A stretch of 54,632 nucleotides of DNA from Candidatus Subterrananammoxibius californiae. Its GTDB lineage: Bacteria > Planctomycetota > Brocadiia > Brocadiales > Subterrananammoxibiaceae. The notes beneath the pieces were generated by a model. The model ran no database searches and had not been told where the DNA came from. It saw only the letters and a program-made list of their open reading frames with translations. Position 1 is the first letter of the stretch. Every line of letters starts with the position of its first letter. Where the stretch lies: positions 1-54,632 of the forward strand of contig JAURAC010000023.1 of assembly GCA_030586555.1 (NCBI GenBank), written 5' to 3'. Positions 1-9,747 of this stretch are shown one piece after another. A program made the position numbers and the translations under genes.

Positions 1-745
1 GTGAAGCGCCCTTCTGGACAACCTTGCCATTACATCCTACCTCAAAGGTTGCAAGCGCCGTATGCACGGCTCTCGGGGTAAAGATTACTGGATAAGTTCC
101 AGTGCCAATTTGCACCTCCTTTTCTGCCAATTTCTGATGCTCAACTGCCTTCTTCACATGCTTCTTGAGGTCGGTAGAAAGCCTTCGTGAACTCTCCCCT
201 TCGCTTGTCCAGATTAAACTCTGCCCCTTCACAAGCAAGATGTCAATGCCCATGGCAAAATGTGTAGCTTGTCTTGAGATATCAAGTCCATTTGAATTAA
301 TCAAACGCCTCGAGCCAACGCCTTTTCCAACCTCCACACTGCACTCATAATCAGGATTAACGGTTAATGCTGCATCAATGGCATTACGGCCCAGTTCAAT
401 AGCCTCTTCTACAGGATAGCTAACCACATTATCATCAAACGTCTCTACTTCAGGAAGATTTGTTTGCGAAGGGAATTCAAATTTTGCTTCCTGCCCGAAT
501 CCGGCGCTTTCAATGGCATTTGCAACTAATCGTTCTGGTTTTCTCAGGTCTGTAGTGCTTGAGAAACCAATCCTGCCGTTCTTAATAATTCTTAAGCCTA
601 TTCCTCGGATTGACCTGGTATTGACATATTTTAGCTTGTTATTTTCGAAGCTGATAGACCTTGTTTCGCCCTGTTCAAAAATAACCTCGGCAGAATCAGC
701 TTTTTTAAGGGCAGATTCAAGGATTTTTTCCTCAATATTATTCAT
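1..745 (-). CDS. pmbA: PmbA/TldE family protein, 5' part; runs off the window edge
   Basis: Manual translation from ATG at 745: MNNIEEKILESALKKADSAEVIFEQGETRSISFENNKLKYVNTRSIRGIGLRIIKNGRIGFSST, a typical TldD/PmbA N-terminus. It is in the same gene run as tldD and is absent from the ORF track. Confidence 0.85.
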   Translation of the reverse strand, partial: MNNIEEKILESALKKADSAEVIFEQGETRSISFENNKLKYVNTRSIRGIGLRIIKNGRIGFSSTTDLRKPERLVANAIESAGFGQEAKFEFPSQTNLPEVETFDDNVVSYPVEEAIELGRNAIDAALTVNPDYECSVEVGKGVGSRRLINSNGLDISRQATHFAMGIDILLVKGQSLIWTSEGESSRRLSTDLKKHVKKAVEHQKLAEKEVQIGTGTYPVIFTPRAVHTALATFEVGCNGKVVQKGAS

Positions 746-758
746 TAAAGCCCTTCCT

Positions 759-864
759 TGGCATGGATAAACACACCCCTTAATCCCCTCTTAATAGAGG
801 GGAAAAGCACGCGTGTATGCTCCCCTCTAAGAAGAGGGGGGAAGGGGGTATGTTCATGCCACCC
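759..864. repeat. Composite palindromic element: TGGCATG..CATGCCA ends enclosing two C-tract/G-tract hairpins
   Basis: tggcatggataaacacacccc ... tcccctcttaatagagggga ... tcccctctaagaagagggg ... gttcatgccacc; related to 4596-4744 and 15707-15791. Confidence 0.85.
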
Positions 865-886
865 CATAATGTGTACCTTGTGAGTG

Positions 887-1996
887 TTAATTCTTCAATT
901 TGAATGCAGGCTTTTTACCTTCGTTCTCCACAACCTCTAACCCTTCTGTTCTTATCTTCAGGCGGAGGTCATTTGGGCTATCGGCGTAAGCCAGCGCATT
1001 CTCGTAACTTATTTTTCCATCCTTGTAAAGTGTAAAGATGGACTGGTCAAAGGTCATCATCCCTTCTTGATTTCCCCTTGCCATGACGTCCTTAAGCAAG
1101 TGGATTTCTCTTTTTAAGATGAGGTCCTTGACCCTGGCTGTATCCAGAAGAATCTCCGTGGAGGCTACCCTTTTGCCATCCAGCGAGGGAATAAGTCGTT
1201 GGGAAATAATTGCCTTCAAGTAAAGAGAAAGGAGAAGATGTATTTGTTCGTGTCTTTCGTGAGGGAAGAAGTTTATTATTCGCTCAATTGCCTGATTAGC
1301 GTTATTTGCGTGCAAGGTACCCAGACAAAGGTGACCTGTTTCTGCAAATGTAAGCGCAGCATTCATTGTTTCTGTATCTCGTACCTCACCTATTAGAATC
1401 ACATCCGGCGCCTGCCTGAAAGCATTCTTTAAGGCATCAGCATATGAAAGCGTATCAATACCAATCTCCCTCTGTGTGATTATAGATTGTTTATGTTTGA
1501 AAAGGAATTCTATTGGTTCTTCTATTGTGATGATGTGCCCCTGTGTATTAGTATTTCTATGCTCAATCATGGATGCCAGCGTGGTGGACTTCCCCGAGCC
1601 AGTGGGTCCAACTATCAGTACGAGACCCATCTTTGCCATTACTACGTCCTTGAGGATAGGGGGCAATCCCAGTTCCTCTATACTGCGGATGTCGAGCCTT
1701 ATCTGGCGCACAACAAAACCCACGGAGTTTCGCTGGTAGAAAAGGTTTATTCGAAACCTTCCCAAACCTGGGTACGAAAGGGCAAGGTTCATCTCTCGCT
1801 TCTCGGTAAATTCATTTTCCTCTTCCTCATTCATCATGGAATCGGCGAGTTCGAGTATTTCTTGGGAATCGAGGTTGTCGCTGCCACATGGACTCATGAC
1901 CCCTTCTACACGGTAAATGGGTGGAAGCCCACAGGTCACATAAAGGTCTGATGCGTCACGCCTCTTCATTTCCTTAAGGAGGTCTTCTAATATCAT
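887..1996 (-). CDS. pilU: Type IV pilus retraction ATPase PilU
   Basis: ASDLY, Walker A GPTGSGKST, APDVILIGEVRD, GHLCLGTLHANNANQAIERIINFFP. Start moved to ATG 1996 (MILEDLL) with an AAGGA SD. Confidence 0.88.
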   Translation of the reverse strand: MILEDLLKEMKRRDASDLYVTCGLPPIYRVEGVMSPCGSDNLDSQEILELADSMMNEEEENEFTEKREMNLALSYPGLGRFRINLFYQRNSVGFVVRQIRLDIRSIEELGLPPILKDVVMAKMGLVLIVGPTGSGKSTTLASMIEHRNTNTQGHIITIEEPIEFLFKHKQSIITQREIGIDTLSYADALKNAFRQAPDVILIGEVRDTETMNAALTFAETGHLCLGTLHANNANQAIERIINFFPHERHEQIHLLLSLYLKAIISQRLIPSLDGKRVASTEILLDTARVKDLILKREIHLLKDVMARGNQEGMMTFDQSIFTLYKDGKISYENALAYADSPNDLRLKIRTEGLEVVENEGKKPAFKLKN

Positions 1997-2047
1997 TTTG
2001 TATTCCTTCAACTTTAGTATTGAGTTGAGGGTAATTAGTGCAAATCT

Positions 2048-2115
2048 GGTAGACAACGGACTTTATGTCCGTTGAAATCAATCCCCCTGAGGCGGAATAA
2101 ACGTTGTTGTCTACC
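2048..2115. repeat. REP doublet of the GGTAGACAAC...GTTGTCTACC family, containing a degenerate 15-bp mini-palindrome
   Basis: Inverted termini ggtagacaac/gttgtctacc; hairpin caacggactttatgtccgttg; inner tccccctgaggcgga. Confidence 0.85.
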
Positions 2116-2130
2116 GTAGACCTATTAATT

Positions 2131-3201
2131 TTAAAAGAAGTTTGGGCTGCTAACGAGGTTTATTATTTCCTCTTTCTCAACAATACCCTGCTCAAAAAGC
2201 TTCTTTAAAGCATAGTCCGTTGTTTGCATGCCTTGTTGTCTGCTTGTCTGTATAACTGTAGCAATCTGCGCAACCTTTCCTTCCCTGATAAGGTTTCTGA
2301 TGGCTGGGGTTCCAATCATTATTTCAACGGCAGGAACCATTCCTTTCTCATCGGCTCGTTTAATAAGATTCTGGGAGATTATGGCGAGGATGGACTCAGA
2401 GAATGTAGTGCGAATTTGATTCTGCTGCGTCAGAGGAAATACATCAATAATCCTGTCAACCGTCTTTGGTGCGCTGGATGTATGAACGGTTGACAGCACA
2501 AGGTGCCCTGTCTCTGCCGCTATCAGTGCAAGGGAAATGGTTTCAAGGTCTCGCATCTCGCCAACCAGTATCACATCCGGGTCTTCCCGCAAGGCTGCCC
2601 TGAGGGCATTAGCAAAGCTGTTGGTATGGGCGCCAAGTTCACGCTGATTAACCAGGCAATTCTTTGATTCATGTAAAAACTCTATCGGGTCCTCAATAGT
2701 TATAATATGCCCCTTTTTTTCGTTATTGATAATGTCAATCATAGCCGCCAAGGTAGTTGATTTTCCACATCCCGTTGGCCCTGTTACAAGTACAAGCCCA
2801 TTTTCTTTCCTTGATATATCGGCAAGTATATCTGGTAATCTAAGCGCTTCAAATGTAGGTATATTATCAGGAATATACCTGAATACTATTGATTCGCCAC
2901 GGTGTTGAACAAAGGCATTGACCCTGAATCGGCCAATGTTGTGCAGTACCAGCGCAAAATCAATCTCATGTGTTTCCTCAAAGGTCTTTTTTTGTTCATC
3001 CGTGAGGATGCCATATAGCATCCTGTGGACGGTTTCCTTGCTCAGCGGAGAGACGTCTATCCGGTTCAACTCTCCAAGAATCCTTACCATGGGTGATTCG
3101 CCCGAACTGATGTGTAGGTCAGATGCCCCTTCTCTTCGAGCGAATTGCAAGAGTTCAGTTATATCCATAGGAATTGCGAGTAGAGACGCAAAATTTTGCA
3201 T
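2131..3201 (-). CDS. pilT: Type IV pilus retraction ATPase PilT
   Basis: ASDLH, GPTGCGKST, ITIEDPIEF, ALREDPDVILVGEMRD, AIRNLIRE motif; alternative start at 3168. Confidence 0.93.
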   Translation of the reverse strand: MQNFASLLAIPMDITELLQFARREGASDLHISSGESPMVRILGELNRIDVSPLSKETVHRMLYGILTDEQKKTFEETHEIDFALVLHNIGRFRVNAFVQHRGESIVFRYIPDNIPTFEALRLPDILADISRKENGLVLVTGPTGCGKSTTLAAMIDIINNEKKGHIITIEDPIEFLHESKNCLVNQRELGAHTNSFANALRAALREDPDVILVGEMRDLETISLALIAAETGHLVLSTVHTSSAPKTVDRIIDVFPLTQQNQIRTTFSESILAIISQNLIKRADEKGMVPAVEIMIGTPAIRNLIREGKVAQIATVIQTSRQQGMQTTDYALKKLFEQGIVEKEEIINLVSSPNFF

Positions 3202-3203
3202 CT

Positions 3204-4565
3204 CTACCTACCGCCGATAACAACGTCCCTGATTCTCACATGCGGACCACCATCGCTAACCCGTAGCGGTGATTGCGCCCCCTTGCCACAACCGCCCAAT
3301 CCTCCAAAAAGCCTCAGATCGTTGCCTATGGCGTCTATATTCATTAGCGTCTCAAAGACGTTTCCTGTTAGTACAACATCTCTAAGCTTTTCACATAGCT
3401 TACCATTCCTGATTCTGTAAGCCTCCTCTGCGCTGAATGTAAACATCTCCATGTTGGTCTGTCCACCGAGGGCGCCAATTGCATAGACACCATCATTCGT
3501 GTTGGCAAGCATTTCCTCAAATGTCCACTCTCGTGGTTCCATATAGGTATTTGTCATACGAACGATGGGTGGGTATGCGTAGCTTATGGAACGGGCATTA
3601 CCTGTAGGCTTCTCATCCATTTTTGCAGCCGTTTCCCTTGAGTGGAGGCGGTTTACGAGAATACCATCCTTTATCAAGTAGGTCTTTTGCGTTGGTGTGC
3701 CTTCGCTGTCATACTTGTTGTACCCTGCCTCCCCGACGAGTGAGCCGTCATCAACTATTGAGAGGGCATCGTAGCCAAACCGTTTTCCGAGCGTCATAAT
3801 CTCACGCATCTTTTTGTTCTCATATACAAAATCTGCCTCGCTCAAATGTCCGAATGCTTCGTGAACAAATACACCGCAAAGCCTCGGGTCGGCGATTACC
3901 GTGTATACTCCGCCTGTAACAGGTTCGGCGGTGAGCAAGTCTACCGCCCTTTTAGTAACGGTTTCACATCTTTCTTCAAAATTTTGAATAACCTGGTAAC
4001 CTCTTAAATCCCCAACGGAGTCAAACGCCCTTTGCACATTCATGCCATCCTTTGCTATTGCCAGTACAGAAATACCACAAAAGATGGTTTCCTGTACAAT
4101 GGAGCTTTCTTCAGAGTTGGCAAAATATACGGTGTTACGGGCATCGGCATAACGAACGCTGGACGTTTGAACGTTCTTTGAGGACAGGATGATGTTGTTG
4201 TACTTGTAGCAAAGGTCGTGCTTATCCGTGAGGGCAATCCCTGTTGGGTCAATTTCTACCTTTGTCTTCACAGAATCTTTTACCACAGGAATAGGTGCAA
4301 GCGCGGTCCCCCTGCCGGATACGCACCTTGCTTGTTCGCAAGCCATTTCTACGTATCTCAGTAAGTTATCTATATCATTAAAAGCTACGAAGCCCCATCC
4401 ACCCTTGACGAGTGCACGAACACTCCCACCCATACTGTCGCTTTCAGAAATGTTTTCGAGTTCCTTTCCAGTGTATGTTATCCCCGTTCCAGTTGCTTCT
4501 TGAATTCTTATTTCAATATAGTCAGCCTTTGCAGACTTTATTGCATTTTTCATTGTTTGTTCCAT
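3204..4565 (-). CDS. tldD: TldD metalloprotease
   Basis: HEAFGH metal motif, RMTNTY, C-terminal GGCGKGAQSPLRVSDGGPH. Start set at ATG 4565 because the upstream extension lies in a repeat. Confidence 0.92.
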   Translation of the reverse strand: MEQTMKNAIKSAKADYIEIRIQEATGTGITYTGKELENISESDSMGGSVRALVKGGWGFVAFNDIDNLLRYVEMACEQARCVSGRGTALAPIPVVKDSVKTKVEIDPTGIALTDKHDLCYKYNNIILSSKNVQTSSVRYADARNTVYFANSEESSIVQETIFCGISVLAIAKDGMNVQRAFDSVGDLRGYQVIQNFEERCETVTKRAVDLLTAEPVTGGVYTVIADPRLCGVFVHEAFGHLSEADFVYENKKMREIMTLGKRFGYDALSIVDDGSLVGEAGYNKYDSEGTPTQKTYLIKDGILVNRLHSRETAAKMDEKPTGNARSISYAYPPIVRMTNTYMEPREWTFEEMLANTNDGVYAIGALGGQTNMEMFTFSAEEAYRIRNGKLCEKLRDVVLTGNVFETLMNIDAIGNDLRLFGGLGGCGKGAQSPLRVSDGGPHVRIRDVVIGGR

Positions 4566-4595
4566 CTTCAGCCTCTCATGCCACTCATCAACAAA

Positions 4596-4744
4596 CACGG
4601 ACAACACACCCGTTAAAAGCAAGCCGACCCACGCCTTCGGCGTGTGTGCCCGGACTTGCTTTTAACTCCCCTCTTAATAGAGGGGAAACCCTTTCTTTTC
4701 TCCCCTCTAAAAAGAGGGGGAAGGGGGTGTGTTCATGCCACCCT
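4596..4744. repeat. Multiply nested palindromic element
   Basis: cacggacaacacaccc [gttaaaagcaag..cacgccttcggcgtg..cttgcttttaac] tcccctcttaatagagggga..tcccctctaaaaagagggg..gtgtgttcatgccaccct. Confidence 0.85.
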
Positions 4745-4748
4745 TACC

Positions 4749-5687
4749 TCAGCCTTCAGCCTGTCTTGTCTTTTTGTACCACGCTGTGGTTCTGGCTATG
4801 CCTTCCTCAAGGGAAACCTTTGGCTGCCAGTCGAGCCAGTGTTTAATCTTCTTATTGTCGAGGCATATCCTATCTAACTCCCCTGGCCTCTTTTTATCGT
4901 AGATTGGTTTAATATCTACTTTTAACGCATCTCTAACAGCTTCAAATATCTTCTGGTCAGAAACTTCTTTACCCCAGCCAAGATTAAAGACCTCATTGTC
5001 GCCTCGATTATTCATTACCAAGATATTGGCATCAACAACGTCATCAATAAAGATGTAATCCCTTGTTTTAGAACCGTCGCCGAAGATGGTGGGTCTCTCT
5101 CTGGCAAGCATCTGCTCGCTAAATATAGCCACAACGCCAGCCTCGCCGTAAGGGTTCTGCCTTGGCCCATACACATTCCCGTATCTTAACACAGTATACC
5201 TGAAGCCGTAAAGTTCGTTAAAGACATGAAGGTAATGTTCAACGGTGTGTTTGCTCACTCCATAATGTGCAAGGGGGTAGATAGGATGGTCTTCATCAAC
5301 CGGGAGATATAGGGGCTCCCCATACACCGCCCCCCCGGTTGAAGCATATATAAATTTCTCCACCCTGTACTCCCTTGATAATTCCATAAGATTTAAAGAA
5401 CCCAGGATGTTAACCTCTGCATCATACACGGGCTCTCTTACCGATTTGCGGACATCAACCTGTGCTGCATGATGGTTTACTATGTTTGGGTGTTCTTTTA
5501 AGAAGATTCTTTCCATTTCTTCAGTATCGGAGATATCCACTTTATAAAAGATTGCCTTAGGATTAACATTATGCTCCTTCCCCGTTAGTAGATTATCTAC
5601 AACGATACAATCATGCCCCATTAAAATAATTTTATCTACAATATGAGAGCCAATAAATCCAGCGCCACCAGTGACTAATATTTTCAT
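4749..5687 (-). CDS. NAD-dependent epimerase/dehydratase (UDP-glucose 4-epimerase-like)
   Basis: VTGGAGFIGSH, YGVSK (YxxxK), RYGNVYGPRQ, RDYIFIDD. Confidence 0.92.
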   Translation of the reverse strand: MKILVTGGAGFIGSHIVDKIILMGHDCIVVDNLLTGKEHNVNPKAIFYKVDISDTEEMERIFLKEHPNIVNHHAAQVDVRKSVREPVYDAEVNILGSLNLMELSREYRVEKFIYASTGGAVYGEPLYLPVDEDHPIYPLAHYGVSKHTVEHYLHVFNELYGFRYTVLRYGNVYGPRQNPYGEAGVVAIFSEQMLARERPTIFGDGSKTRDYIFIDDVVDANILVMNNRGDNEVFNLGWGKEVSDQKIFEAVRDALKVDIKPIYDKKRPGELDRICLDNKKIKHWLDWQPKVSLEEGIARTTAWYKKTRQAEG

Positions 5688-5691
5688 ATTT

Positions 5692-5780
5692 AAGTTATGA
5701 GTTGTGAGTTATAAGTTGTGAGTTAAAAAGGAATAAATATTTCCTTTACTCTAAACTCTTGACTCTTAAACTCTTAACTC
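5692..5780. repeat. Head-to-head heptamer tandem repeats (STRR-like)
   Basis: taagtta tgagttg tgagtta taagttg tgagtta ... actctaa actcttg actctta aactctt aactct. Confidence 0.7.
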
Positions 5781-6494
5781 TCTCCCTTCTATTATAGCCA
5801 ATGGGTTTTCAAAGACTAAAGCCCTGCTTTTTTCTTCACCGAGCAATTTTGATGCCTTCTTAACGGCAATAGACAAGATAGGTGGTCTGGCATTTATTGA
5901 GTGTGCGTCAGTAGCAAGCACATGCACCATATTGTGTTTCAGGAGCCAATGTGCGCATTTCTTCTCCCTTGAACCAAATTCACCCGTTACGCTTTGTGCG
6001 GTTACCTGTAAAAGCGCTCCTATTTCAATAAATTTAGTGAGAAGTTCAGGATTATCCTGTATTGCAAAATTCCGTTCAGGGTGAGATATTATTGGCAGAA
6101 TGCCAGCAACCTGAAGCTTAAAAACGACCTGTCTTGCCTCTACAGGAATTATCTGTGAAGGGAATTCTAAGAGCAAGTACCGCCGCCCGTTATTTATCGT
6201 CAATATTTCGTCTTTCTTAAGTCCCTCTATTATCCCCTCATGCAGGTGAACATCAGCCCCTGGTAATACCTCCAGTTCTATCTTATTATCTTTTAACAAC
6301 TTATTAAGGATTTCAACCTTTTCCAATATATCCTTTTTCTTTACATCGTAGATACCGTTAAGAATGTGTGGCGTTGCCACCATTTTTCTTATTCCATCCT
6401 CCGATGCTATCCTGCACATCTCAAGGGATTCTTGAAATGTCCTTGGCCCGTCATCCAATGATGGAAGTATATGTGCGTGAATATCTATCATCAT
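5766..6494 (-). CDS. CpsB/CapC (YwqE) family PHP tyrosine-protein phosphatase
   Basis: IDIHAHILP..DDG, ATPH, SHPERN, ATDAH. Confidence 0.9.
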   Translation of the reverse strand: MMIDIHAHILPSLDDGPRTFQESLEMCRIASEDGIRKMVATPHILNGIYDVKKKDILEKVEILNKLLKDNKIELEVLPGADVHLHEGIIEGLKKDEILTINNGRRYLLLEFPSQIIPVEARQVVFKLQVAGILPIISHPERNFAIQDNPELLTKFIEIGALLQVTAQSVTGEFGSREKKCAHWLLKHNMVHVLATDAHSINARPPILSIAVKKASKLLGEEKSRALVFENPLAIIEGRELRV

Positions 6495-6640
6495 TATTAC
6501 TTTTTTTAAAAAGGTAAGCATAGTTTAGGAGAGACCTTTTGTCAATAAAAAAAGAAAGAGTGTTAAGCCAAAATAGAAATGTCCTGTTTTTAAGCTTGAT
6601 TATTTATTAGTAGCATACTATCACAAAAAAATTTTTTCCT

Positions 6641-6669
6641 TTGACATTAATTATTTTATTTATTAGAAT
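6641..6669 (+). promoter_or_regulatory. Sigma70-type promoter of the ppiC-ccsA-resB genes
   Basis: TTGACA-17 bp-TAGAAT. Confidence 0.65.
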
Positions 6670-6717
6670 TAAGTCTTTAATTATTATGATTCTTGAAATT
6701 TATATACGGGAGAGAGT

Positions 6718-7734
6718 ATGTTTAAGAAAGTTTTTGTAGGAATATTTTGTGGCGTGTTCGCTTTACAGTCTATAAGTTGCTCCTCAAAGAAAGAAGAAGG
6801 GAAAGAAGCCGATGTTCATTTTAAGCATACGGTTGTGGCTGCTGCGGAGGAAAGTAAAAAGGATGTTCCTGCCGAGAGTGGGTCTGCTGACGATGTTGTC
6901 GCAACGGTAAACGGCGAAAAAATCCTTCGGGGCGACGTGGATAAGATACTGGATGTTTATAAGCAATTTGTCCAGCCGGAAATGTTACCCAAATTAAAAG
7001 AGCAGATACTCAACGAATTAATAACCCAGGCGCTTTTAAAGAATTTCGTTTCTACGCAAAACATCGAGGTGAAGCAGGAAGAAATAGACAAGGGACTCGA
7101 AGTTGTTAGAAATAATCTTAAAAATAATCCTGCTACAGCCAGCCAGTCGCTTGAAGAGCTCCTCGAAAGCCAGGGGCAAACGATAGAACACTTTAAGGAT
7201 ACTTTAAGATTACAGGTAGCCTTAGACCAATACATACAGAAGGATATAGATGATGCCCAACTGCAAGATTACTTCCAAAAAAACATTGACAGATTCAGCG
7301 AAGAGAAGGTAACGGCAAGTCATATCCTTGTTGACACCAGGAAGCTTACGACCCAGCAGGAACAGGATGCGGCAAAGGAAAAAATCGAGAATATTAAGAA
7401 AGAAATCGATAATGGAGCAGATTTTGCCGAAATGGCAAAGCAGCACTCCGATTGTCCTTCTAAAGAGGATGGCGGGAACCTTGGCGCCTTCCCTCGAAAA
7501 GGGGCAATGGTAGAACCGTTTGCAGAGGCAGCCTTCAAACTTAATATTGGTGAGGTAAGTGAGCCCGTCAAGACTGAATTTGGGTACCATCTAATAAAGG
7601 TTACGGCAAGGGAAGGGCAGAAAGAAGTAACCTTTGAAGGGGCAAAAGACAAGGTAAAAGCCGCCATGAAGGGGCAAAAGACAAGGGAACTCCTTAAGAG
7701 CCTCTGGGATAAAGCCACAATCGAAAAGAGTTAG
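6718..7734 (+). CDS. Parvulin/PpiC-type foldase (PrsA/SurA-like), probable lipoprotein
   Basis: Signal peptide ending ISC, VVATVNGEKI, ASHILV, DFAEMAKQHSDCPS..GGNLG, KTEFGYHLIKV. Confidence 0.9.
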   Translation: MFKKVFVGIFCGVFALQSISCSSKKEEGKEADVHFKHTVVAAAEESKKDVPAESGSADDVVATVNGEKILRGDVDKILDVYKQFVQPEMLPKLKEQILNELITQALLKNFVSTQNIEVKQEEIDKGLEVVRNNLKNNPATASQSLEELLESQGQTIEHFKDTLRLQVALDQYIQKDIDDAQLQDYFQKNIDRFSEEKVTASHILVDTRKLTTQQEQDAAKEKIENIKKEIDNGADFAEMAKQHSDCPSKEDGGNLGAFPRKGAMVEPFAEAAFKLNIGEVSEPVKTEFGYHLIKVTAREGQKEVTFEGAKDKVKAAMKGQKTRELLKSLWDKATIEKS

Positions 7735-7746
7735 CCTTTAAAAGGA

Positions 7747-7820
7747 AGTAGACAGTAGGTAGTAGACAGTAGACAGGGTAAAGGTTTTGTCCTGTATGCT
7801 GTCTACTGTTTACTGTCTAC
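7747..7820. repeat. Head-to-head heptamer repeats (AGTAGAC)n ... (GTCTACT)n
   Basis: agtagac agtaggt agtagac agtagac ... ctgtctactgtttactgtctact. Confidence 0.75.
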
Positions 7821-7868
7821 TTTTTTTATCATTGCGTAATTCACAATCCTGTACTCTGCATTTTGAAT

Positions 7869-8642
7869 ATGGAACCACAAGATTTTATAGACCTTTCAAT
7901 GTTTTTTTTCTGGTTTGCCTTTGGTGTTTACTCCACCTACTGGTTTTTTGGATTCTTTGGCAAGAAGGTGCGGTTTTTTGCTTTATTAACCGGTATTGTG
8001 TTGCAGCTTACATCAATTACCTTACGCGGAATAGCTATAGATTATTTTCCCCTGACAAATAAATTCGAGTCCTTTGCCTCCTTTGCAGCATCCACTTTTA
8101 TAATACTCCTGATTTATTCCCGGGTAGAAAGTAAGACTTACAGGATAATTTTATACGGCATAGGTTATGCGTTTCTCCTTGCATCTCTAAAATTTCCAAA
8201 GGGGTTGAGCTATGCCCCTCCACTGATGCTTACAATTTGGTACCCCTTGCACGTTCCGCTCTCATTCTTTTGTTATGCCTTGTGGACGAGTTCTATGGCA
8301 GCAGGGATAGCGTGGTTCTTTTCAAATAGAAAAGAGAACGTCCCTTACACCGAGTTGATTGATGATGGTTTTTTATATGGATTGGTAGTTTTCTCCATAT
8401 CAATGATTTTTGGCGGGCTCTGGGGATATGTGGCATGGGGTTCCTATTTCCTCTGGGACCCGAAGGTACTATGGTCTGTCATCGTCTGGTTTTTCTACGC
8501 CACATGTATACATATTGATTACTGGTCAGCCTTAGGCGGAGCAAAAAGATTAAAACCATCCCTTTCTATCATTGGCTTCTTGATTATGCTAACAACGTAT
8601 GTCGGGACAAGCTTCTTTTCGCAAAGTTCCCACAGGTTTTAA
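7869..8642 (+). CDS. ccsA: Cytochrome c biogenesis protein CcsA (system II)
   Basis: WWD domain GGLWGYVAWGSYFLWDPK, HVP, terminal His, multiple TM helices. Confidence 0.85.
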   Translation: MEPQDFIDLSMFFFWFAFGVYSTYWFFGFFGKKVRFFALLTGIVLQLTSITLRGIAIDYFPLTNKFESFASFAASTFIILLIYSRVESKTYRIILYGIGYAFLLASLKFPKGLSYAPPLMLTIWYPLHVPLSFFCYALWTSSMAAGIAWFFSNRKENVPYTELIDDGFLYGLVVFSISMIFGGLWGYVAWGSYFLWDPKVLWSVIVWFFYATCIHIDYWSALGGAKRLKPSLSIIGFLIMLTTYVGTSFFSQSSHRF

Positions 8643-8696
8643 TCCCCCTTTGTCCCCCTTTAATAAAGGGGGATTTAGGGGGATTTAGGGGGATTT
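8641..8696. repeat. C-tract/G-tract palindromic element
   Basis: aatccccctttgtccccctttaataaagggggatttagggggatttagggggatt. Confidence 0.85.
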
Positions 8697-8708
8697 TAAA
8701 AGGTAAGC

Positions 8709-9680
8709 ATGAAAAGGTTTTACTACATAATTAAATCTCAGAAGATAGGAATAATCACAGGGTTTTCCGTCACAGGGTTGTTAATAATTGGAAGCCTTCT
8801 CATGAACTTCTTTCCAGAGGCATATCAGGACCTTTCTGGAGAGGACATCTCATTCTTCTTTAGTCCTGCGAAGTCAATCCATATATGGTTTTATGTAATG
8901 TTCTTTGGCTTTATTGTTTATGGGGTCAATGCCTTTTTTTGTACGTTAGATTCCGTAACAAAAAAGATAAAGGGAGGCGTAAAAAAGGCAAGTCTTTATG
9001 GTGCATCTGTACTCCATGTTGGCTTTTTGATTACCTTGCTCGCTCATCTTGTCGGTGGATTTGGCGCATGGATGGAAAAACCTATTACCGTTACAGGCGA
9101 ATGGGCTAAATCGGGTAACATGGAAATGAAGATTACAAGCCTTAAAACAATCTCATATCCCAATGGTATGCCAAAAAAGGTGGAGATAACTATGAAGGTA
9201 AAAAGGGATGGACAGGAAATTAATGATATACTTGGTTACAACCAACCTGTGACCCTCGATTATGGCACCAGGGAGATACTTTTGCGAGATTACGGCACCA
9301 TTCCATTGGGCATCACGCTCAAGGTTGACGACACACTGCATGAGCTTAAAATGTATGACACCATCCGTGTAAACGGCGCAGAGGTTATGCTGACAGATTT
9401 ACATCTGCCGCCTTCCCAGCGTTATCCAGTCGTAAGCCTTGTTAATACACCTCAAGACGGCGCCCCGCAACAGGTCTCGTTACGGATAGGAGAAGCCAAT
9501 TCAAAGACAATTAATGGCTCCAAGGTGGTGTTCGCCGATATAAGAACCACCCCAGGAGCGCTTGTAAGTATTAAAGAAAATCCAAGCATACCAATAACGC
9601 TCGGTTCTATTATCCTGTTTTCTATCGGCACTATTCTTGTGGTCATGAGGATAGTTGAAAAGGCGGTCAGCGCCCCTTGA
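8709..9680 (+). CDS. ResB/CcsB-like cytochrome c biogenesis protein
   Basis: Three N-terminal TMs with LHVG His, periplasmic beta domain, NP followed by a C-terminal TM; adjacent to ccsA. Confidence 0.65.
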   Translation: MKRFYYIIKSQKIGIITGFSVTGLLIIGSLLMNFFPEAYQDLSGEDISFFFSPAKSIHIWFYVMFFGFIVYGVNAFFCTLDSVTKKIKGGVKKASLYGASVLHVGFLITLLAHLVGGFGAWMEKPITVTGEWAKSGNMEMKITSLKTISYPNGMPKKVEITMKVKRDGQEINDILGYNQPVTLDYGTREILLRDYGTIPLGITLKVDDTLHELKMYDTIRVNGAEVMLTDLHLPPSQRYPVVSLVNTPQDGAPQQVSLRIGEANSKTINGSKVVFADIRTTPGALVSIKENPSIPITLGSIILFSIGTILVVMRIVEKAVSAP

Positions 9681-9682
9681 AG

Positions 9683-9716
9683 GTAGGGTGGCATGGACAA
9701 ACTTGTTTGTCCGTGC
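9683..9716 (+). repeat. REP of the GTAGGGTGGCATGGAC family
   Basis: gtagggtggcatggacaaacttgtttgtccgtgc; near-identical copies at 13699, 18597 and 32340. Confidence 0.9.
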
Positions 9717-9747
9717 ATAAAAGGCTCAATTTTGTTGAAAAGACAAC

